A stretch of 64,000 bases of DNA from Podarcis erhardii (lineage: Eukaryota). Numbering within the stretch: the stretch's first letter is position 1; each line of letters begins with the position of its first letter. The notes beneath the pieces were generated by a model, which saw only the letters and a list, made by a program, of their open reading frames with translations, was not told the DNA's origin and searched no databases. Below, piece by piece: positions 33,200-47,149 of this stretch. The translations under genes and the position numbers were made by a program. Location of the stretch: NCBI GenBank assembly GCA_964252035.1, contig OZ176206.1; one strand, given 5' to 3'.

Positions 33200-33635
33200 T
33201 AAACCTCATTTCTTGGGCTTCAACTGCAGATGATCTTGGTCTTGGCTAGCAGGTTTCCTCTTCCTGTAGCACCAACTAAAGTAATTACCCTCTTCTGAAG
33301 GGCCAGCTACAACGCAAAGCAGTTGGTAGAAACAGTGGGATTCCCACACTCAGCAAGTTGGACTTACCAAAGAAGAAATTCATACTTAGTCTGAGACATC
33401 AAGGGAAAACTGGCAGACACACATTTTATTCTGCAGCTTAAGGCATCAGGCAATTCCAGAGGAGAGGAAGATAAGGATGACACACAAGCATTTTTGGTGA
33501 ATGGGGAGGCCCAGAAAAAACTGGTACTGACTGATACCTAAAGCAACTAGCCTCGGGAGAGAAGATTCAGGGGCCCACTCTCTTCACAGTACAGTATAGT
33601 GAGGTACAACACAGAGAACCAAACAAGGAAACAAG

Positions 33636-33641
33636 TTTATT
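33636..33641 (-). terminator. COG8 poly(A) signal
   Basis: AATAAA about 220 nt after the stop, followed on the minus strand by a U/GU-rich tract (cttgtttccttgtttggttctctgtgttgt). Confidence 0.7.
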
Positions 33642-33858
33642 CAAACCCTGATCCACCTTCACCAAAATTCCTTCCTCCCAGTGTCCACACCCAACTTCCT
33701 TCCCACCAGAGCAATGAAAGCTCAACTCAGTCTGTCCTTGAAGTGCTGAAGTAGAACCCAAAACCAAGAGCTGTGCCTGTCCATGGCAGGAATGAGTCTC
33801 TCCTCAGTCAGGTTCAAGTATCATGGAACCCCGGAAAACAGGCAAAATCCAGTGAAAA

Positions 33859-36800
33859 CTATTCTAGAGGAGCACTCAGCAGCAAGGCATCACCAGAAGC
33901 TGCACTGCTCTCTTCTGCTTCCAGAACAGGGACTGGGGCACTGGGATCTGCTTCCTGCATGGCATCAGGGAGTTCCAAGTCCAATGGAGGAGGTGCTAGG
34001 CTTTCTTCAGTCAGCCTTTTCTCCTCAGACAAGGGATAGACAGTCTCTTTCTCCGGCAGGACTGAGGCCAGGAGCTCCTGAATCAGCTGTTCATCCACAC
34101 AGCCAAGACTGCCATATTTGTGCAGCTGTGTTGGGGGAACACCTAGCAGTAAAAAAAGAAAATATATTAAAATGAGAAGTTAAAATCTTACATCAACCCT
34201 AAGCTAGAGAACATTCCTTGTACTACTGCCAATTCTCTCTCTCTCCCTTCCCCTGGCAGTAGCCTGAGCTGTTGAGCACAGATTTCAATGACTTGCAGGC
34301 CTTCAAGGACCACCACCAAGCAACCCCACCCCACCAATGTGCTGTTCACAAAGTCACAAGCAGAAGCCACTCATCCACCACAGGCCAGGGCTCAGCTGCA
34401 AGCTCCTTCCCCACCAAAAGTATTCAAGCAGCCATACCCAAAGTCTGTGCAATTTGTGCTGGGGGAAAGAGGAGTTGCAGACAACGGTTGAGGTAGGGCA
34501 CCAAGTCTTCCAGAAATGCCATGCAGAAGTGAATGAACAGCTCTTGCTCTCGGCTGCTGAAGGCCACAGCCTCTGCCCGGTGGAAAACCAAAATGACCTT
34601 TGTCACCTGCAAAGAGAAAAAGAGAAGCTAGAATTTCTTGGTTTGGTGTCCAAATGGAAGGAAGGGACTGCAGTACTACTCAGCATGCCAGCCTCATCAA
34701 ATGGTCAAAATAAAAGCCCAGCAAATCAGTCTGGGACACACCCAGAAGCTGAGTGAAAAGATGTCACATACTACCTTATAGAGCAGGGACTGAGAACCTT
34801 TGATCTCTCAAGTGCCACAGTCTCCTGGCAGGCAATCCAGCAGGGGCCATTTGCTGACTATGGGTGGTTAGAGCTAGTGGTGAGCAAGTTCAGTAGCAAA
34901 AACAGGCGAGGTCAACGACTTTCTCCTTCCTCTCTCCCAGCCCACCCAAAGCAGGGACTGATTGCTGTTGTCAGATGCCTGAACTGGTTGCTTGCAAAGG
35001 GCTTCTTGAAATAAGGCAGAGGCTCATCCCTGAACAAACAGACAGCAGCAACATGAGAGGGAACAAGCATAAACTCACAAACATGACCTGCCAAGTTGCT
35101 GAAAAGGGCTAGGAAACTCCAAGGAGTATGACTAAAGATAAGGCTGCAAGCAGCTAAAACTCTGCTGCTAGCAAATTTCTGTCCTGTCACCTAGACATCT
35201 TGAGCATTTTTAATCCAGCATATTGGTGCACATGAGCAACAGAGAGCCCCACCTGGCCAAGTGCATCCTCCAGGGTAGCTGCCACGTCTGGGGCAAGAGC
35301 CACAGGGCAGCAGAGGCGCAAGTCGTTGAAGGCTACCAGGATGTTGTTGAGGAAGCAGGCGAGTGGTGGGAAATCTAGCAGCACCATGGGGGGCTGCAGG
35401 GTGCCTGGCTGGGCAGAAGGAGCCACTGCTACAGGGATGGTGCTGCTGCTGCTGCCCAAGGCAGTCGGCACAGAGATTAGAGTGTAGGAGTTCATCTCCT
35501 CCTGGAATTTGTTCACAGCTTCCTGCATGGCTCTCTTGAAGGTGACCAGTGCCACCCGCTGAAATATGGGGATGAGCAGGCCCCGGAAGTCCGCTCCAAC
35601 ACGGCTGAACGAGAGGCCAAAGTACATGCACTGGCCCAGCAGGGAGTCCAGGCGGCTGCCCACACCACGCTGCAAGTCACGCTCAAGCACCAGCAGGAAC
35701 TGGGAGACCTTCTGCAGGACCCACCCATGGAAGATGGCACTTTCATTGAGGGTGTCCTGCCCAGGGGGAGGCACCAGCGGCTCCTCGTCAGCAAAAATGG
35801 CACGGTACTGCGTGACAATGTCAAAGAGGTGCACGCGGCAGGCCTCGATGGTCTTGGTAATATGCACATAGGGGTCGTCACCAGGAACAGCAGCGAGGAT
35901 AGAACGTAGCCAGATGTCCCGTGCCTGCAGGAAAGTAATTCGTAGCTCAGCCTCAGTGAAGACATCCATGCAGCGAAGGTAGCCAATGATGCGCAAGCAG
36001 GCTGGCAGCTGAATGTTGGTGCGAAGCTGCTGGATCAGCTGCGTAAGCATGAGCTGTGTGGACTGGCGCACCTCTGCCACTATGCCCTGGGAAGGAGAAG
36101 AGAGACAAAATCAACTTCTGTTACCCATGGTTCCCAAACCATGCTGATCTCAATACTGCACAAACTATTTTATTTTCACTACAGTCCTTATGGATCATCC
36201 ATGTGATCACTTATGGAGAGGGTCTACAGGTCAGTGGTAGATATACCTGCTTGATATAGTAGATACACTCTGGCTGCCAGAGCAGACAATACTGGGCTTA
36301 GTGCACAGTCAAACCTGGTATGAGGTAACTGCATTTTATAATGATGTGTACTTTTGGGAACTTTTAAAGAGGCATAACTTGCTGTCATCCTGAGTTCCTT
36401 TAGGAGGAAGAGTGGGATATAAACATGGTAAATAAATAAAGTGTTGTGACCTTAACAATGCATTCTTCTTTGCAGGTGGAAGAAGGGCTTTATTGGATCA
36501 GAACAGGGCCTGTCTCATCTCAGCTTTCTGTAAAAGAATCCCTGCAACTAGCAAATTAGACATTAGCCAAGAGTCGTTAGTCAGTGATGGGGTGTGCTCT
36601 ACCTTCCATCTATCCCTGCTTTACAGATTGCACTTAAAGAGATCAGTGGCTTGTATCCTGCTCTTGTTGAAAGTCAAAGAAACAGATCCCTACAGCACAT
36701 GCACAAACCCTGGCTGCAATAAGCAACATAAGCACTTAGTCAAGAAAAAAAGACAACAAGAGAAGAAGCCTCAGATCCAGAAATATTCTGGCTTCTACAA

Positions 36801-37809
36801 ACAGAACATGACAGCTCATGATGGTCCAGGATTGTGGGCCTTGGGTATCACCTGGATCAAACTTAGGAAACCAGCACAGAAGCCACACCACCTCTGCCTC
36901 TGTGAGCCATGGCAGAGAAAACAAATGCAAAAGGTTGGAGATGCCTTTCTTCGCTAAGCTTTTGCTCAGGTCCTGAAACTCTAGTAGCAAATAGTTGGGA
37001 CCTACTATCACCGTATGGCTTAAGGCAGCTCTGGCACCTGCCAGGCTCAGAACATGTCTGCACCTGGATGACAGGGATGGTGGCATGCTTCTTCTCCAGG
37101 CGGCGGACATAGGACACCAGCTCCAGGGCCTCCTCGTAGTAACTGTTGCGGACGCAGGTGTCCATCAGCTGGGGAATCTCCAGCACTTCCAGGATCTCTG
37201 TGTGGAGGTTCAGAGTCAGGCTGTTCATACGACGGTTCTGAGCAATGTGTTCAGCCTCCTGCATGAAGTTCCTGGAGGCAGGAGCAAAAGAAGAAGAAAG
37301 CAGGTTAGGCCAGGAAAAGCAAAGGGGGAAGCCCCCTCTAACCCACCCATTCCAATGGCAGTGAGTTCCATAAGTTAACGGTGGGGCGCCCCAGGATTAT
37401 TCCTGCCCCCAAAAGGAGTGTGGCGGCAGCCTTGGCCTCCAACTCCTCCTGCTCACCGGCAGGCCTCGGCGAAGGGTGGGAGGCGGCCCAGGAGGCGGTC
37501 GAGGCCCTGCTCGATGCCACCGAAGCCGCGACGCGTCTCAGCGGTGCATTCGGCGGAGCGGATGAAGGTCTTATAGTGGGCGAAGGCCAAGGCCCGCGTC
37601 TGCGCCCCGAGCTGCGCTCGTTCCTCCGCCAACCGGCCGGGTTCCCTCCGCAAGGCCTCCAGGCCCAGCCCCGCCAGCGCCGACAGGTAGGCCGCCAGCT
37701 CCGCGTCCCCCGCCGCCAGGGGAGGAGGCAGCGGCGAGGTCGCCCCGCGGAACAGCCATGCCAGCAGGCTCGCTTCCTCTAGGTCCGCCGAAGGCTCCGG
37801 GGCCGCCAT
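33859..37809 (-). CDS. COG8: Conserved oligomeric Golgi complex subunit 8 (615 aa, 5 coding exons)
   Basis: Exons 37809-37457, 37271-37064, 36086-35253, 34606-34438 and 34142-33859 sum to 1848 nt with consistent phases. Recognisable segments include LAFAHYKTFIRSAECT, EIPQLMDTCVRNSYYEEALEL and LDSLLGQCMYFGLSFSRVGADFRG. Confidence 0.97.
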
Positions 37810-38127
37810 CGGGCCTCCCTCGACGTGGACCAGGAAGTGATCGCTATGGCAACCGGAGGCTAGTCCTCCGTGGCAGATCCGGGTGCCGCTCTGCCCGAAA
37901 CCTCTGTGTTCGTATGACGTAACCGGGAGGTCACGCAACGACGCTCCGACACTTGCACTCTATTGTGACCATAGACATATTTCTGGGTGTCAGCCTAGAG
38001 AGGAGAGCCTATGAGTGTAGGACACCCGAACTTAGTTTGATGTTGCAACTTCCGCTTCGCGTCTTTGATCCGAGGCTTCCCTGAATTGGAACCACGCGGG
38101 TCTCCGGCATCTGTCTCGGGAGGTGCG
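37810..38127. promoter_or_regulatory. COG8/NIP7 bidirectional promoter (318 bp between ATGs)
   Basis: Divergent starts inside one CpG island. Motifs: ETS CAGGAAGTG 37831-37839, X-box-like GTTGCCATAGCGAT (minus, 37840-37853), CRE-like TGACGTAA 37915-37922 and ACTTCCG at about 38048. Confidence 0.85.
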
Positions 38128-40993
38128 ATGCGGCCCCTCACGGAGGAAGAAACGCGCGCGCTCTTCGAGAAACTCTCCAAATAGTAAGCGGGGTGGCGGT
38201 GGCGGCACTTGTGTTCTCTGGGTTCATTAGGCTTTATGATTAACCCATGGAACTCACTGACACAAGATATTCGAAACAAAATAAAAAAAATCCTTCCAGT
38301 AGCACCTTAAAGACCAACTAAGTTAGTTCTTGGTATGAGCTTTCGTGTGCATGCACACTTCTTCAGATACCTTCCATTTCATGCGGCTCAATGTGGTGCC
38401 TTCCATAGTTCCAGTTACAGATAGGTAGCCGTGTTGGTCTGCCATAGTCAAAACAAAATAAAGAAGTGTGAAGAAGTGTGCATGCACACGAAAGCTCATA
38501 CCAAGAACTAACTTAGTTGGTCTTTAAGGTGCTACTGGAAGGAATTTTTTTATTTTGTTTTGACTATGGCAGACCAACACGGCCACCTATCTGTAACAAG
38601 ATATTCGGATCCCCACCCAATGGACTTGCAGAGGGAATTAAAGAAATCAGTGAAGGAGGGGAAGTCTGTCTCTTGCTGTTGGCCCAGAAAGTAAAATGGA
38701 AGCGTCATTGAACCATAGCGGTGGAAGATACCGCAAAGGTCCTCTAGCCCACCCCAATGGATGTAGAGACTCAAAACATTATAGGCAGGCAGCAACCAAT
38801 GCTCTGCTGTGAGGAAGGGGGCACCCACCTTCTCAGACAGACTGTACCAGTGTGGAATAGCTCTTCTTAATCTTCTTGCCACGGAATACCACTAGCTGGG
38901 AGACAACAGCAGGAGAACTAGATGGGTCGTGTTTAATGCAGAAAAATAATTACAGGGGTTATAGGGAAGTCAGTACAATAGTTTAAAATTGAAGTCTTCA
39001 TATACAGAGGCAGTATGTCTTAGAAATGGCTGCTGTTCTCCACCCCTGCTTGCTGGCTCCCTGCAGGTATTTGACTTGCTTTTGCCAGGAGGAGGAGGCT
39101 GAACTAATTGGGCATTTGGTCAAATCTAGCATAAGAGGGCTGTTCTCATGTTTTGTGGGGACTGGCTGACAGTGTGTCTCTTTGTTCCAACCTTTTTAAG
39201 TATTGGTGAGAACATCCAGCTCCTGGTTGACCGGCCAGATGGTGCCTACTGCTTCCGCCTGCACAAGGACCGAGTCTATTACCTCAGGTGAGGAGGCCCT
39301 ACATACACCCTGGGGCATGTTATTAATGTTAACACCTTCATCCATAACACACATTAAGTAAAAATAAAAGGATGGATCTTTGAACATGTGTAAGGCTCTC
39401 TTCCTCTTCCAGAATGTACCCACGTCTCTGTGGGTGGGGAGAAGAGTAGAGGCATCTATGGGGGAAAGTGCCTGTTTTCTTTTGTAAGATGCTGCTTGTT
39501 CTCACTACAGAGCTGCAAGGTGCTGGGAAAGAGATCTTGTTTTCCTTGTGTTTTTAGCAGCAGAAGAGCAAAAGATGTAAAAGGAGCAGAACTGAACTAA
39601 GGGAAGCTGTACTCATGGACAGTCTTTCATATGCAAATGAAGGACAGAGAGGAGGGACTTGGTCTCATAATTTAACTCTGAGCTCCCGTCTTGTCTGATC
39701 CAGCTTTTGGCACATTTTATCACTTCCAGTGCAAGTGCAACACATTGTATTTGGGGACGAGGAGTGGCTATGAGGTCTTGCTTGTTTTAGGGTTGCTTGG
39801 ATTAAATCCCCAAACCTGCCTTTTCCATCATCAGTATCCCTGATTTGGTTTAGGTACTTTAAAGCTTCCCATCTCCCCTATGGAAGCATATGACCAAAAA
39901 GCCACAATACTGGCTGCAGGTACTTGGAGTGTGCCTCAGGCCACAGCATGTTTCAGTGATGCTCTTATGATGACTTCGGAGCTTCTGAATCTGGAGACAC
40001 AGAGTCCTAATGATAAGTCTTTGCTTTCTGTTTCTTAGTGAGAAGATTCTGAAGCTCGCTACAAACATCCCCCGGGAGAATCTGGTGTCTCTCGGCACCT
40101 GCTTTGGAAAGTTCACCAAGAGCCAGAAGTTCCGACTCCACATCACTGCCCTCGATTACCTTGCTCCCTACGCCAAGGTAAAGATGGCACAGAGGACCAT
40201 TTATTTGAGGGGCACTATCCTACCAAAATAGGTACCGCTCTGGTGGGAAGGTAAATGGCGTTTCCATGCGCTGCTCTGGTTTCGCCAGAAGTGGCTTAGT
40301 CATGCTGACCACATGACCCGGAAGCTGTACGCCGGCTCCCTCGGCCAATAAAGCGAGATGAGTACTGCAACCCCAGAGTCGTCTGCAATTGGACCTAACG
40401 GTCAGGGGTCCCTTTATCTTTACCTAGCCTACCAAAAATGTCAAAACACCTGTAGTGCTGTGTGGGGTGGGGACCTGCTAGCTGTTTATTGGGAAGGAGG
40501 GTATTTTTTCCCCTTGTGCTAATCTAAGGAGGACAAGAAAGGGAACCCGTGTAGTGGTACATTTATTGTAACTCAAAGAGGATATCTCTCATTTTTTTTT
40601 CTCATGCAGTACAAAGTGTGGGTGAAGCCTGGGGCAGAGCAGTCCTTCCTTTATGGGAACCACATACTGAAGTCTGGCTTGGGGCGCATCACAGAGAGCA
40701 CTGCCCAGTACCAGGGTGTGGTGGTATATTCCATGGCTGACGTCCCCCTGGTGAGTGACACTTAGTGGGTAGGTGGGTGGGTGGGTTGGATGGTTGGACC
40801 TGAGTGAATTTGAAGTTAAGACAATGCCCCTCCAAGGTCTTAATGCCTTCCTTGTTCCAATTGACCTTCTTAGGGCTTTGGAGTGGCAGCCAAGTCCACC
40901 CAGGAGTGCCGGAAAGTGGACCCCATGGCGATCGTGGTTTTTCACCAAGCGGATATTGGAGAATACATACGGCATGAAGAGACGCTGACATAA
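38128..40993 (+). CDS. NIP7: 60S ribosome subunit biogenesis protein NIP7 (180 aa, PUA domain, 5 exons)
   Basis: Exons 38128-38183, 39201-39287, 40039-40177, 40610-40750 and 40874-40993 total 543 nt and translate as [33 protein letters not shown]...[16 protein letters not shown]. Confidence 0.98.
38274..38595. mobile_element. Penelope-like element pLTR-derived insertion with inverted arms, in NIP7 intron 1
   Basis: Flanked by an exact 12-bp duplication ACAAGATATTCG (38262-38273 and 38596-38607). About 90-nt near-perfect inverted arms (38274-38364 vs 38469-38561) and a second inverted pair (38414-38462 vs 38549-38597). The sequence resembles reptile Penelope terminal repeats (from recall). 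Confidence 0.8.
38332..38371 (-). ncRNA. Minimal type I hammerhead ribozyme motif (PLE-associated)
   Basis: The minus strand reads GGTAT-CTGAAGA-A-GTGTGCATGCACAC-GAAA-GCTC-ATACC. This gives stem I GGUAU/AUACC, the core CUGANGA and GAAA, a palindromic stem II, a palindromic AGCU stem III and a CUC cleavage triplet. Confidence 0.8.
40229..40427 (+). mobile_element. 5'-truncated Sauria SINE in NIP7 intron 3
   Basis: Near-identical to the 3' 200 nt of the 13489-13846 copy, with an exact 10-bp TSD CCTACCAAAA (40219-40228 and 40428-40437). Confidence 0.92.
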
Positions 40994-41615
40994 ATGGCAG
41001 GGCAGAAAGCCCCAAAGACTGACTTTCCCACCCTCCTCAGATAGAAGCTGCAGGCTTTCAACCAGCCTGTGCCCCTTTTCATGCAGACTGTGGAAGGCGC
41101 AACTGTGTAGGTTGTTAAACTGCCAGCAAAATATCTATCTACCTCCTGATGGCCACAGTGAGACTGTAGATGAGTCACAAAACTTTGAGATGTAGCTGTA
41201 GGCCTGGCAGTTCTAGGGACACAGCTACAATTCTGACACAGTAAAGCTATTTCATTTTTCTCCTTTCATTGTCTTGATTCATCTGATGTTCAGGGAACTG
41301 GTTACATTACAGCCTCTTTTATTTTGCCCTGGGCTTTGGGGCTGGGGAACCAGAGGTGTTTCACAAAGCCATGGAGAACCAAAAGCTAGAAGTTCTCTTT
41401 TCCTCCCACCTTCCCTGCTGCAGCTGCCTTTGCTTCCAAGCTGGCTGCCTCTAAAGGAAGAGGAAGGAATCTTGTGTTTGGTGGTGGTGGAGATCATGTG
41501 TGTCTGCGTGCGCACCCCCATTTACTAACTATGCCCTTAATGTACCTCTTGCTGAATGTAAAAATCTCACATACCTGTGCTGTGGTTGCAGCAGGACTCC
41601 CGCATTTTGAGTCAT

Positions 41616-41621
41616 TTTATT
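41616..41621 (-). terminator. TMED6 candidate poly(A) signal
   Basis: Minus-strand AATAAA about 240 nt after the stop; a second lies at 41318-41323. Confidence 0.5.
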
Positions 41622-41860
41622 TTAACTTGGGGCAGTTTTCATTTCAAGTCAACCAACCCCCTGTGGCTCCTCTGGAAGAATACTTGGATTTTTCAGCCAA
41701 CACCCCTCCCCCCACCAAAAAAGAAGCCGCACCAACAGGTGGACGTGCCCTTGCTCTCCTTTGCTGCTTGCAGGTATTTAGTCAGTTGGGTGTTAAGAGG
41801 GTGGCAAGGAGAGAGCAATCTGGCTTTTCAGCCTGGCATAAATAGCCTTCTGAAGCAGCC

Positions 41861-45826
<3,966 letters not shown>

Positions 45827-47149
45827 CTACCTGCTGCTTGCCAGACTTCTTGGACTGCAATTCCCATCAGCCCTAGTCTCAGATGGTTGTGCTGATGTAA
45901 CCTGTAGTCCAAGAGATCTGGAGGCTAGGGGAGGCAGTGGTAAAGTGTTCCTTCAAGCACAAGCCTCTTGCAGCAGTTGAGCAGCAGAGCACTAGGCCCT
46001 GTACAGGTGAGGCAGCCGAGGGGCAGACAGAACATTGATTCCTCACCTTTCCTCCTAAGATCTCCAGGTGGCATACCTGGTTCCTCCAACACCATCTTTT
46101 TCATAACCACCACCCTGTGAGGTTGAGAAGCTGTCTGGACCAGGCTGACCCAGGGAGTTTTCCTGCTCAATGCTTTGAACCTGGCTGGAACCAGTCCCTC
46201 ATAGCCTGACATTCTGGCTAATTCAACCATCACACTGGTACTCTTTGCTGCAGGTTTCCTGTTGGGGCATTTGGCTGGCCGCTTTGAAAACCAGGTACTG
46301 GACTAGATGGACCCCTATTTGACCAGATTATTCAGCTGCTGCAGGGCTCTTCTGATGCCTTTATGCTAAAAGACAATAGGAAATGGTCATATCTATTCTG
46401 TCTCAGACGAAGGCAGGTTACCCAACAGCAAAAAGCACTGAGCAAACAAATCTGCTATATTAGAGGGTAAGCAGGTCACACTTTCATTACTGCAACTCAC
46501 ACATACTGCATTTTAAGTCCCAAGACTGCAGTTTGATTTAAATAGTATCTCTTTCCTATTAAAGCCCTTTGTTGGGAAAAACTGCCCTAACTAGTTTGCC
46601 CTTTTCTTTGCCCAGAGTGTGGCTGCATTCCATTCCACCCACTTCAGCGCAAATCCTTCTTGTCTCCTTGATACTCAAAAGTTCTCCCAAAGCACAACTC
46701 TGCTTGCTTGTACCAGCTGGTGCTTGAAGGACAAAGTGTGTATCGCAGGAGTAAGTTTTCCCAGCAGCTGAGATAAGAGAGGAGGGCCCCTCTGGGATAA
46801 AATCTGCTCATGGGAAAAAAAGCTAACCACTTTCAAGATCTGTGTAGTTTTGGTGGTGAGGCAGAGGGAAAGCACAGCCACAACCCATTTTGCACTTGTG
46901 TCTGGTTCCATCCACGCTACACAATCAACCGCTTCTTGGACTCACAGAAGCCAGCATGTCCTCCAACACATTTGAAGTTCAAGCAGTACACCAGCTAAAA
47001 AAAGGAACAGGAAAAGCAGTGGTGACAGGAACAATCTGCCCCAATAGGAGAACAACTAGCAACACCTTTGTCCTGTCCCAGAACGCCTGGAATGCTAGTG
47101 CCAAACCAAATAGCATGATGGAGATTCCTTTTAATTATCATGGGAAGCA

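Noticed and set aside
35191-35986. Extra ORFs overlapping COG8 exon 3
   Set aside because: They are alternative-frame or antisense shadows of a GC-rich coding exon.
38469-38502. Second (plus-strand) hammerhead
   Set aside because: Core C3 is replaced by G and the stem I partner is missing, so it is not called functional.
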